Of a DNA stretch of 64,000 nucleotides, positions 1 through 9,274 are shown piece after piece. The position numbers and the translations under genes are program-made. The DNA comes from Coleofasciculus sp. B1-GNL1-01 (GTDB taxonomy: Bacteria; Cyanobacteriota; Cyanobacteriia; Cyanobacteriales; Coleofasciculaceae). The notes beneath the pieces are model-generated. The model was not told the DNA's origin. It was given only the letters and a program-made list of their open reading frames with translations, and made no database searches. Location: assembly GCA_040220235.1 (NCBI GenBank), contig JAVJTO010000031.1, one strand, 5' to 3'. Each line of letters opens with the position of its first letter. The first letter of the stretch is position 1.

Positions 1-581
1 GCAATTGATTTTAGTCGAACGACTCAAACCTAAATCATCCCAGTCACAGTCTAAGCCTCTATGGTTAGTATGGGTCGGTCAAGAAATGCCTGATTTGGGT
101 CAGATTTGGCGAAAATATTTGCGCCGCTTCGCCGTTGACCATTGGTATCGTTTTCTCAAAACTAGATTACACTGGAGTGTTCCTCAACTTAGTACCCCCA
201 AACAATGTGAAAGGTGGAGTGATTTGATGCCCATTATGACTTGGGAGTTATGGTTGGCGAGGAATTTGGTCGCACAACATCATCTTCCTTGGCAAAAACC
301 CGTTCAGAATTTGACTCCTGGACGGGTAGCCCAGTCGATTTCATTACTTTTGCCGGAGATTGGTACACCCGCTGTTGCTCCCAAACCCCGTGGAAAGTCC
401 CCAGGTTGGACTGAGGGGAACAAACGTACTAAAAGAACTCGTTACCCTGTGGTAAAAAAAGGTAAAATACGACACAAAAAACGGTCGAAAAAAGCATCTT
501 AAACTTTAATTTTTTAGGAATTTTCCTTCTTTCTCAGCATCGGGCTATAGCTGGGTTGATTTTTCGTAGTCTAAACTCCAG
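1..581 (+). mobile_element. Right part of an IS element (IS4/IS701-like), truncated by the window edge; probable right end ...GTAGTCTAAACTCCAG at ~581
   Basis: Transposase C-terminus, followed by an abrupt switch at 582 into the middle of an unrelated antitoxin reading frame. Confidence 0.75.
5..502 (+). CDS. Transposase, C-terminal part (cyanobacterial IS4/IS701-like DDE family)
   Basis: Motifs WRKYLRRFAVDHWYRFLK, LPWQKP, TPGRV and PKPRGKSPGW are typical of this cyanobacterial transposase family. Confidence 0.8.
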   Translation: MILVERLKPKSSQSQSKPLWLVWVGQEMPDLGQIWRKYLRRFAVDHWYRFLKTRLHWSVPQLSTPKQCERWSDLMPIMTWELWLARNLVAQHHLPWQKPVQNLTPGRVAQSISLLLPEIGTPAVAPKPRGKSPGWTEGNKRTKRTRYPVVKKGKIRHKKRSKKAS

Positions 582-785
582 AAATCACCGGAGGAGGTTA
601 TCCTGACTGCACTTAGGGCGTTTGCTGAACGGGAACGTATCTATAAGGGGCGCTTTGAGGAATTGAGGGGGGAAATTATGGTTGGAGTTGAAGCGTCGAA
701 ACGGGGAGAGGTGGTTGATGGTGAGACGGTTTTTAGCCAACTCGAACAGAAGCTGCTTTTACATCGTTCTCAAGAGGGTGAATGA
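582..785 (+). pseudogene. 3' remnant of a ParD-like type II antitoxin, interrupted by the IS
   Basis: Manual translation KSPEEVILTALRAFAERERIYKGRFEELRGEIMVGVEASKRGEVVDGETVFSQLEQKLLLHRSQEGE*, which resembles the ParD C-terminal half. Confidence 0.7.
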
Positions 786-835
786 GTAATATTTGCCAAT
801 TTACTGTAATATCATGTCCGGCAAATCACCCATAA
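782..835 (+). pseudogene. 5' stub of a ParE/RelE-like toxin
   Basis: ATGA overlap with the antitoxin stop; MSNICQFTV resembles cyanobacterial ParE N-termini, then runs into repeat-like sequence and stops. Confidence 0.5.
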
Positions 836-913
836 TAAAAACCTCTCCCTCTAACTCCCTCTAACTCCCTCACCCCCTCCTCTGCCTTCTGCTATATTAC
901 GCCAACCAACGGC

Positions 914-2020
914 TTAGGGTTTGCCATCAGCAACCAAAGCACTTAAAGAATCGCTAATTTCTCCGGTGTTGAGATTCCCAAAATAGGTGACTTGGGTGGG
1001 GTAAGCAAACTCAATCTGACGCGCTTCAAATTCCTGTTTAAGCTGTAAATTAAGCTGCTGCTGGATATCCATATAGAGGTTGTAATCACTGCTTAAAACG
1101 TAATAAACCACCTCAAAGTTCAAGCTAAAATCCCCATAATCGCTAAAATGCGCTCGGTCAAAAGTGGTATTCTCCATATTTTCCACAATACCTTGGACAA
1201 TTTCGGGGATGAGCTGGAGCTTTTCTTGAGACGTTTCATACAGCACGCCAAACTTAAATGCTACCCGTCGTTTGGGCATCCGCTTATAGTTGCGAATCCG
1301 CGAACTGGTTAAATCGGTGTTGGCAAAAATGAGTTGTTCTCCACTTAAACTCCGCAGACGAGTCGTTTTAATGCCAATATGTTCGACTGAACCGAGGAAA
1401 TCGCCAACAATGATAAAATCTCCCAATTCAAAGGGACGGTCAAAGAGGATAGAGAAGTAGCTGAATAAATCCTGGAGAAAGCCTTGAGACGCTAAAGCAA
1501 TCGCCACACCCCCAATGCCTAATCCAGCTACAACAGCGGATATATCAAAACCCAGATTATCTAACAAAAAGACAATTCCCAGCGCCCAAATTGCAATTCG
1601 AGCCGCCGGAATTAACGCATCAAGCGCCTGTTGCACCGTTTCACTTTGGCGGCGAGTTAGCCAATATAGCCGGAAACCGTATTCCACCAGGGAAACCAAG
1701 AGGCGAATCCCTAGAATCGTGGCAACAATTAACGTCAAAGCGTCAATCACCTGATCCAGAATCGGATGTAAGGTGAGATTCGCGATCGCCACATAAAACG
1801 TGCCAACGTAAAGGATAGGAATCACGGCTCGTTCAATCATCTGGATCAGGGAATCATCCAACTGAGTTGTCGTTTTCGCCGCCCAGCGTTTGAGCCGTCC
1901 TACAATCACTTGGCGGAGAATTTTGATCAGAAAAATTCCCACAACCAAGATGATCAAGGCGATGAGATAGTCTATGACTTGATTGTATAAAAACGTAACC
2001 TGTAAGAAATCTGGCGTCAT
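914..2020 (-). CDS. mscS: MscS-family mechanosensitive ion channel
   Basis: TM helices followed by AGLGIGGVAIALASQ...DRPFELGDFI...GSVEHIGIKTTRLR and IEFAYPTQ. Confidence 0.9.
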   Translation of the reverse strand: MTPDFLQVTFLYNQVIDYLIALIILVVGIFLIKILRQVIVGRLKRWAAKTTTQLDDSLIQMIERAVIPILYVGTFYVAIANLTLHPILDQVIDALTLIVATILGIRLLVSLVEYGFRLYWLTRRQSETVQQALDALIPAARIAIWALGIVFLLDNLGFDISAVVAGLGIGGVAIALASQGFLQDLFSYFSILFDRPFELGDFIIVGDFLGSVEHIGIKTTRLRSLSGEQLIFANTDLTSSRIRNYKRMPKRRVAFKFGVLYETSQEKLQLIPEIVQGIVENMENTTFDRAHFSDYGDFSLNFEVVYYVLSSDYNLYMDIQQQLNLQLKQEFEARQIEFAYPTQVTYFGNLNTGEISDSLSALVADGKP

Positions 2021-2290
2021 GAACTCCTTAAGCTTATACTGAATCCCTATCAGGATTGATGGTTTTTCTCAATCATACATCAACCCTAAGACATAAATTT
2101 GGTGAAGTTTGGAGTTTGTAGTAAGGGCTTTAGCCTGTTATTAGTGGTGGTGTAGTAGATAAGCAGTCATGCAATTCAATATTAGTAGCGAGCAAGATGC
2201 TTAAGTAGTCAGACAAAAGAAAACGGCACTGTACTAATTTTTGTAAACAAGCCTCAAACCCTTACAAAGGACAAATGACGATCTTAAAAC

Positions 2291-3688
2291 TTATCGAATT
2301 TCCCCGCGCCAATTCATTTCCTGTTGGGCTGAGTTTCCCGCAAAGGAACGAGTAGCGACTAACTCAATTTCGATGGCGACTCCGGGACGCAGGTATGCAG
2401 CGTCTATGGGGAGTTTGCCAATTTCTAGGGTGTAATGATTGTTATGGCGAGTGACAAGTTCTGCTGGAATGATCCCTTCATACCGGGTTCTGTAATTATA
2501 GAAGCGACGAAAGCGATCGCCTGAATTGGCAGTACGATATTTTAACCTGAATTGAGTATCGAGTAAGTCGGCTTTCCCGCCTAAGTCAACCACACTAAAG
2601 GTTAAGTTTGTACGATTTCCGCGAAAATCTGCCCGCGTCAGTTGGGTGGCTTCCTGTTTCAGTAATGCATTGGTGACGACAAATTGCATCATATTCCCCT
2701 GGGGCGTCATTTTGCCATCAAACCAGACATCCTCTGGTAATGATACATCAATGCGTTGATCAGATTTGAGACTGAGGGATATCGGTTGATTATAGAAATC
2801 GGTAATCGCCCGGTCTGCATTCCAGACTAACTCAAAAGACCGTTCTAAGCGTCCAACAAACTCTCGATACTGGTTGGCAATAATTGAATTGGGGGCGAGT
2901 AAAGCAGTTGCACCCGTAAGAGTTCGCCATTGATTTACAGAGAGTGCGATCGCGCCGTTTTGCAGTTGGGGTAGAGTAACGGTAGCGGTGGGTTTGTCTG
3001 GGGGTAATGCGTCACTCCGATTAATTAAGGTCAGCGTCCCCATGCTTCCGTCTTTTCCGTCTCGACCCTCTCGACCATCTCGACCATCGTCACCCTCTTC
3101 ACACTCGAATCGTTCAGTTTCACAGTCTTCGTCACCATCGTTTGACTTTTTGCAAGTTTCTATCTCCCAACTTCGGTCATCACAGTCACAGCCATCCCCC
3201 CCATACGCGCCGCGTCCAAAACGTCCCCCACGTCCGCCAAGGGAACGCACATAGATTTGTTTCAAATCCTCTCGATGCGTATAATAAACCGTCAATGACC
3301 CGCCATTTCCACCATCTCCGCCATTTCCACCATCTCCACCATCGCCCCCATCTGCGGCTTGCAGGTCATAATCAACCTTTCGCGGCTGTCGGGAACAATC
3401 TCCATCTTCACCCCGTTTTCCATCATTCCCATCCCCGCCATCTCCTCCCGACAACTCCAGATTAATCGGAGAACCATCCACAAAAATTGTCCGATTTTCC
3501 CCATCTCGTCCCCGTCTCCCCACACGTCCATCTGCACCATCTCGACCATCTTGTCCAAAGTCTCGTTCTGGGTGACGACTCCACGCCACTAAGGGACAGA
3601 AGAGGGAGTTTGAGGTGGGAGGAAAAACAAGGGAGAATGTCAGGGTTAGTAGAATTAGTGATAGCTTCCCAAAGACATGCATTAGCAT
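2291..3688 (-). CDS. Secreted collagen-like (Gly-X-Y rich) protein
   Basis: Hydrophobic N-terminal signal; several G-x-x runs (GQDGRDGADGRVGRRGRDG, GGDGGDGGNGGDGGNGG); Cys-containing acidic insert. Start likely ATG 3688 or 3682, not 3784. Confidence 0.75.
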   Translation of the reverse strand: MLMHVFGKLSLILLTLTFSLVFPPTSNSLFCPLVAWSRHPERDFGQDGRDGADGRVGRRGRDGENRTIFVDGSPINLELSGGDGGDGNDGKRGEDGDCSRQPRKVDYDLQAADGGDGGDGGNGGDGGNGGSLTVYYTHREDLKQIYVRSLGGRGGRFGRGAYGGDGCDCDDRSWEIETCKKSNDGDEDCETERFECEEGDDGRDGREGRDGKDGSMGTLTLINRSDALPPDKPTATVTLPQLQNGAIALSVNQWRTLTGATALLAPNSIIANQYREFVGRLERSFELVWNADRAITDFYNQPISLSLKSDQRIDVSLPEDVWFDGKMTPQGNMMQFVVTNALLKQEATQLTRADFRGNRTNLTFSVVDLGGKADLLDTQFRLKYRTANSGDRFRRFYNYRTRYEGIIPAELVTRHNNHYTLEIGKLPIDAAYLRPGVAIEIELVATRSFAGNSAQQEMNWRGEIR

Positions 3689-3986
3689 CGATAGAATTCT
3701 GCAACCTGGGGGAAAAATTCCCCAGTCAAGGGATGACTGAGGTGTAGGGGAATTGGTTCCGGATTGACGCTTCACGACCTTCAAGAAAACCGGGTTTGTA
3801 GGGGCGGGTTTAGGGACTACTGTTAATTGTTTTCCCTAACTTGGCTGCAAAACCCGCCCTTTTTTAATCGTGCTAATACTAACACCTGTTCCCTGTTCCC
3901 TGTTACACACCGAGCGAAGTCGAGGTGTTCCCTGTTGCCTATTCCCTGACAAATGACAAATGACGATCACCTTTAACCGTCTCTAC

Positions 3987-5768
3987 CTATGTAATAACAG
4001 GTAACTCAATTTCAAAGGTTGTTCCTTCACCTTCAACTGAATGACACCGGATTTTACCGCCGTGTTTCTCCACCACAATTTTATAGCTAACGGATAACCC
4101 TAATCCTACGGCTGTTCCCACGGATTTGGTCGTGAAAAATGGGTCAAAAATTTGTTGTTGTACATCCTGACTCATTCCACAACCATTATCAGTAATCCGA
4201 ATCACCACAACATCTTGCACTTTTTGAGATGTGTTGAGTATTGAGCCTTCACTTCGCTCAAGGACATGGTTTTGAGTTCTCTCCCTTATCTCCCCGTCTC
4301 CCCATCTTCCCATCTCCCCCTCTCTTTCTTCTCCAACTTGCCGGGAAACTGGGCGACTAATTAGGCTGGTTTCAATGGTAATGATACCCGGTAATCCCTT
4401 CATGTCTATCGCATCAATGGCATTGTTCAATAGATGAATAAATACCTGATGTAATTGACTCGCATAGCCAACTAAAAAAGGTAATTGGCTATAATTTTTA
4501 ATGACCCGAATCTCTGGCTTTTTCCCTTGGGGTTTGAGCCGATGCTGTACCAGTAATAAGGTTGAATCAATCATTTCATTAATATCAACCATCTTTTGAT
4601 CCAGTTCATCCAATGTTGAGAAATTCCGCAGCGCTTGCAATGATAATGTGACATCCATTAGCCGTTCCGCACCCATCTGAATCGAGTTAAACATTTTTTG
4701 CCAATCTTGGGCAATAAACTCTAAATCAATCTGGTCTAGTAACTGCTGAATTTCTGGCGTCTGTTCAGGACAAGCTTGCTGATAGAGGTGCAGTAAGTCT
4801 AACATATCGCAGAAATATGATCGTCCCAGGACAATATTGCCACAAATCCAGGTAATTGGATTATTGAATTCCTGAATTAATGCGGTTGCCATGCGCCCTA
4901 TGCTAGATAATTTCTCGGATTGAATCAGTTGAAATTGGGTTGTTTTCAACTCCGATAATGCCTGTTCTAATTTAAATTTAGCTGCTTCTAGCTGGATAGA
5001 ATGACTGATATCTTGAAACACCAAGACTGCCCCAATTACCTTATCTTGTTTGTCGTGAATGGGTGTTACACTCCCGCCAATTGGAATCCTTTTAGTTTGT
5101 CGGGAAATCAAGATACTATCTTTGGGAATTGAAAAAGCAAAATTGCTTTCAATCGCTGTTCTTAACGGTAGGTTTACCGATTGCATTGTGTTTTGAGTAA
5201 CCAGTTGAAACACCTCGGTTAACTCTCGATCAATTGCTTCAATAAACTGCCATTCCGTAAACGTTTGTGCGACTTCGTTGAGAAAGCGAATGCGGCATTG
5301 AGTATCCGTGACAATCACACCATCCCCCATTTCGCGGAGAATTGTGGTGAGTAATTGTTCGCGGGAATAGCGATGTAAGGCAATATCAATCGTGACGAAT
5401 AATTCCCGTTCTTTAATCGGTTTTAAAATGTAACCAAAGGGAGACGATACTTTGACTCGTTCCACTGTACTCAGATCCGAATGTCCGGTGACATAAATTA
5501 CGGGAATTGAAAGACGTTCCCAAATCATCTGTGCCGCTTCAATTCCATCCATATCTCCCTGGAGGCAAATATCCATTAACACTAAGTCAGGACGGAGGGT
5601 TGTCGCCGTTTCTACTGCTTTCTCTCCGGATGTGGCGATCGCGCAAACCCAATACCCAAAGGATTCTAACTGTTCTTTCAGGTTGATGGCGATAATTCGT
5701 TCATCTTCAACAACTAGAATACTTGTCAGTTTTTGAGAGATTATTTTTGCTAAGTTTTTCATGGTCAA
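3987..5768 (-). CDS. REC-PAS-histidine kinase hybrid (NtrB-like HisKA with His replaced by Gln)
   Basis: ILVVEDE and PDLVLMDI receiver, PAS, EKLSSIGRMATALIQEFNNP, HATPase N/G1/F/G2 boxes. Confidence 0.85.
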   Translation of the reverse strand: MTMKNLAKIISQKLTSILVVEDERIIAINLKEQLESFGYWVCAIATSGEKAVETATTLRPDLVLMDICLQGDMDGIEAAQMIWERLSIPVIYVTGHSDLSTVERVKVSSPFGYILKPIKERELFVTIDIALHRYSREQLLTTILREMGDGVIVTDTQCRIRFLNEVAQTFTEWQFIEAIDRELTEVFQLVTQNTMQSVNLPLRTAIESNFAFSIPKDSILISRQTKRIPIGGSVTPIHDKQDKVIGAVLVFQDISHSIQLEAAKFKLEQALSELKTTQFQLIQSEKLSSIGRMATALIQEFNNPITWICGNIVLGRSYFCDMLDLLHLYQQACPEQTPEIQQLLDQIDLEFIAQDWQKMFNSIQMGAERLMDVTLSLQALRNFSTLDELDQKMVDINEMIDSTLLLVQHRLKPQGKKPEIRVIKNYSQLPFLVGYASQLHQVFIHLLNNAIDAIDMKGLPGIITIETSLISRPVSRQVGEEREGEMGRWGDGEIRERTQNHVLERSEGSILNTSQKVQDVVVIRITDNGCGMSQDVQQQIFDPFFTTKSVGTAVGLGLSVSYKIVVEKHGGKIRCHSVEGEGTTFEIELPVIT

Positions 5769-6087
5769 AACAAGGTTTTAATGAATACTTAAGGACAATA
5801 AGCCGTTGAATAAAACGAAAATAGCTCAGACCTAACTCTCTCGTTTAACTCATAAGTGGGTTTGTGGAAATAACCTTAACTAGACTAAGTTTTCTAAAAG
5901 CACCTCAAACCCTGAAAAACAGGACTTATGCAGCCACATTATATATAGCGTTTTTACTTGAGTTGTGAACCCCACCCCTGCCCTCCCCTTAGCAAGGGGA
6001 GGGTTTGGGAGGGGTAAGATTTTCACATACAGCTTGGAAATGCTATATATTACAAAGGACTAATGACAAAGGACAAATGACAAATAA

Positions 6088-7602
6088 CTAGACTGATTCT
6101 TCGGGAAAAGGTAAGACCACTGTAAACGTTGTACCAACACCCAAGACACTCTCAAATGATAATGCTCCCCCATGTAAATCAACGGCTTTCTTGACAATAG
6201 CTAATCCCATCCCTGAACCTCGCACTGTCCCTGCATTACTGGCGCGGCGGAATGGCTCAAAGATATGGGGTTGATCCTCTGGTGGAATACCAATTCCGTT
6301 ATCTTTAACCTCTACTGTCAGCCTATCGTCTTCACAGGTTAGGGTTAGATACACAGAACTGTTTCCGGGAGAATATTTCAAAGCGTTGGTGACTAAATTT
6401 CTCACAATCAGTTGTAGGATTTTTTTATCCAGATAAGCGGTTTGACCTTTACCGCAACTGCTCCAGGTTATTTTAGCTTGATCACTGGCAATAAGTTGGT
6501 ATTCGTCGATGAGTTGTTGACAGAAGAGGTTTAAATCTAAAGGCATTGGATCAAGCCTCAGTTGACCCGCTTCGGCTTGACCAAAGGTTAATACATCTTC
6601 CAACAATCCCACCATATATTTAACCGCCTGTTTAATGCGCTGGCAATTGACTCGCTTGTTCTCCGATTGCAGTGATGAAGTATCGGCTTCAATCAGGAAG
6701 GTTGAGGCTTGAATAATTGAAAGTGGGGTGCGATATTCATGGGAAACGGTGTGAATAAATTGCCGTTGGAACTGGTTAAGTTGTTGTTCCCTGGCTAACT
6801 GCTGGCGTAGCGCGGCTTCGGCTTGTTTGCGATCGCGTATATCTTGGAATACCAATACCACCCCCGCGAGATCCCCCTGGTTATCCCGAATCGGTGCAGC
6901 ACTGTCCGCGATCGCGATTGGTTCACCTGTCTTGGTAATTAGGACATGATCACCGGTAAGATAAACTAACTTATCTTGTTGTAACGCCAGAGTCACTGAG
7001 TTATTGACAGGCTGCTGGGTTTGGGCATCAATAAGTTTAAATACCTCCGTCAACTCCCGATTCTTCGCATCAGCAAATTGCCATTCGGTTAGCAATTCCG
7101 CCACCCGATTCATAAACTGAATCCGACAATCTTGATCGACTAAAATCACGCCATCACCAATTCCCCGCAGCACTGCACTTAAAAACTGCTCCCGTTCATA
7201 GCGCTGCAAGGCAATTTCAATCGCCACGGATAATTGCCGTTCATTTACAGGTTTGAGAATATAGCCAAAGGGGGCAGTTATTTTTGCCCGTTCTAAGGTA
7301 ACTTTATCAGAATGTCCAGTTAGATAAATCACCGGAATTTGCCACGCATCCCAAATTTGTTGTGCCGCGCCAATTCCATCCAGGTTTCCCTGTAACCAGA
7401 TATCCATTAGCACTAAATCGGGATGGAGTTTCCCGGCTTTAGTGACAGCTTTTTCCCCAGAGGCGGCAATTCCCACAACACCATAACCCAAAGCTTCTAA
7501 GTTTTCCTTCAGGTTCAGTGCAATAATTCTCTCATCTTCCACAACCAGAATTCGAGTCATCGTTGCTGTATCAGTGTCTGATAAACATTGTTCACTGATC
7601 AT
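6088..7602 (-). CDS. REC-PAS-histidine kinase hybrid (intact H-box)
   Basis: Receiver, PAS, VSHEYRTP, NALKYS, DNGIGI, GSGMGLAIVK; GGAGG SD precedes ATG 7602. Confidence 0.9.
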   Translation of the reverse strand: MISEQCLSDTDTATMTRILVVEDERIIALNLKENLEALGYGVVGIAASGEKAVTKAGKLHPDLVLMDIWLQGNLDGIGAAQQIWDAWQIPVIYLTGHSDKVTLERAKITAPFGYILKPVNERQLSVAIEIALQRYEREQFLSAVLRGIGDGVILVDQDCRIQFMNRVAELLTEWQFADAKNRELTEVFKLIDAQTQQPVNNSVTLALQQDKLVYLTGDHVLITKTGEPIAIADSAAPIRDNQGDLAGVVLVFQDIRDRKQAEAALRQQLAREQQLNQFQRQFIHTVSHEYRTPLSIIQASTFLIEADTSSLQSENKRVNCQRIKQAVKYMVGLLEDVLTFGQAEAGQLRLDPMPLDLNLFCQQLIDEYQLIASDQAKITWSSCGKGQTAYLDKKILQLIVRNLVTNALKYSPGNSSVYLTLTCEDDRLTVEVKDNGIGIPPEDQPHIFEPFRRASNAGTVRGSGMGLAIVKKAVDLHGGALSFESVLGVGTTFTVVLPFPEESV

Positions 7603-9274
7603 AATCATCCTCCACCTCCATCCCTTGGAATTGTAAATTGGGTATAAAAATTGTGAACTTTGTCCCGTCGCGATCGCTCGTGACATCAATCTCGCCCTGG
7701 AGTCGATGCACTAGCGTTTTCACTACTGTCAATCCTAAACCTGTTCCTCCTTGTTTCCAGAAATAAGAACTCGGAATGCGATAAAACGGTTCAAAAATTT
7801 TCTTTTGTTCCTCTGGGGGAATTTCTACCCCAGAATTACTCACCTGAATCTCGACAGTAAACTGTTCAGTATTAGGTGTTCCCTCATCTCCCCCTGCTCC
7901 CCCTGCTCCCCCTGCTCCCCCTGCTTCCCAAACCCGCACCACTACCCCAATCTCCTCCCCGGCTGGCGTGTATTGAAATGCATTATTCAGTAATTCTTTC
8001 AAAATCCGAGTCAAACTCAACTGATCTGAAACTAAAGGGGGTAAATTCGGAGCAATATCAATATGCAACTGTTGCTGCTGAAATTGCGCCCAAGCTTCAA
8101 ATGGTTGAATCAACTCAGAAATCCAATCGGGGACTTGAATCAACGTTAGTTGTAAGGGATAAACCTCTGTCTCAATCGCACGGATATCCAGCAAATCATT
8201 CACGAGCTTGAGCTTTTGCTTGCCTTGCTCTTGGACAATTTGCCAATACCGAGCAATAACGGTGGCATCAGCACGAAATTGCGAACTGAGTAAACCCTGT
8301 TGATCTAAGATGGTTTCCAGAATCCGAACTGCCAATTTAATCTTTGCCGGAGATATTGGCAATTCATAAGACGCGGTACTTAAACGGTCATCGTGGAGTA
8401 CATCTAAACATTGCAGTTCTGCTATATCATACTCTAATTGGCGGGCGCGTTCCAGGGCGCGATTCTGTTCCTGGACTAAACGCTGTTGTGTGGCATCACG
8501 AAACACTAAAACGGCTCCCGCGATCGCACCGTTGTTATTTTTAATCGGAGCAATGCTATCAGCAACAGGGATCGGCTTTCCTTGCTTAGGGAGCAACAAA
8601 ATCTGCTCTTCTAAATAAATAATTGTCTCTTGTTCTAGGACATTTTTCAGGATATCCCCAACAGGCTGTCGAGTTTGTTCATGGACAATATTAAATACTT
8701 CGGTTACTTGCCGATCTCTGGCTTCAGCCAATTGCCAACCCGTTAAGGATTCCGCCACCTGATTCAGAAACTGCACCCGACAGTCTTTATCGGTAACAAT
8801 GACTCCATCTCCAATCCCTCTGAGAATGGCGCTGAGTAGTTGTTCGCGTTCATATCGCTGGAGTGCCGTTTCAATTGCCACATAAAGCGCCTGTTCTTTA
8901 ACGGGTTTCAGAATATAGCCAAAGGGTGCCGTAATTTTTGCCCGTTCTACCGTACTTTGATCCGAATGTCCGGTGACATAAATTGTCGGAATTTTCAGGC
9001 GCTCCCAGATTTGCTGCGCGGCTTCAATCCCATCAATATTGCCTTTGAGCCAGATATCCATTAACACTAAATCGGGACGGAACTCAGTGGCTTTTTCAAT
9101 CGCTTTTTCTCCCGACGCTGCGATTGCAGGTACGGTATAGCCGAGAGATTCTAAGCTTTCTTTCAGATTGATCGCGATAATTCTCTCATCTTCAACGACG
9201 AGAATTTTTAGGCTTTTGCTTAAGGTTGGGGGGGGTTTGGTAAACATAATTGGATACTCCTTTATTTCATGCAT
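7592..9274 (-). CDS. REC-PAS-histidine kinase hybrid with degenerate H-box
   Basis: Receiver, PAS, LSTASYELPISP in place of the consensus LSTVSHELRTP, HATPase GGTGLGL; alternative start at 9247. Confidence 0.85.
   Translation of the reverse strand: MHEIKEYPIMFTKPPPTLSKSLKILVVEDERIIAINLKESLESLGYTVPAIAASGEKAIEKATEFRPDLVLMDIWLKGNIDGIEAAQQIWERLKIPTIYVTGHSDQSTVERAKITAPFGYILKPVKEQALYVAIETALQRYEREQLLSAILRGIGDGVIVTDKDCRVQFLNQVAESLTGWQLAEARDRQVTEVFNIVHEQTRQPVGDILKNVLEQETIIYLEEQILLLPKQGKPIPVADSIAPIKNNNGAIAGAVLVFRDATQQRLVQEQNRALERARQLEYDIAELQCLDVLHDDRLSTASYELPISPAKIKLAVRILETILDQQGLLSSQFRADATVIARYWQIVQEQGKQKLKLVNDLLDIRAIETEVYPLQLTLIQVPDWISELIQPFEAWAQFQQQQLHIDIAPNLPPLVSDQLSLTRILKELLNNAFQYTPAGEEIGVVVRVWEAGGAGGAGGAGGDEGTPNTEQFTVEIQVSNSGVEIPPEEQKKIFEPFYRIPSSYFWKQGGTGLGLTVVKTLVHRLQGEIDVTSDRDGTKFTIFIPNLQFQGMEVEDDYDQ

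Noticed and set aside
2988..3747. Multiple overlapping alternative-frame ORFs
   Set aside because: Shadows of the Gly-rich, low-complexity collagen-like gene
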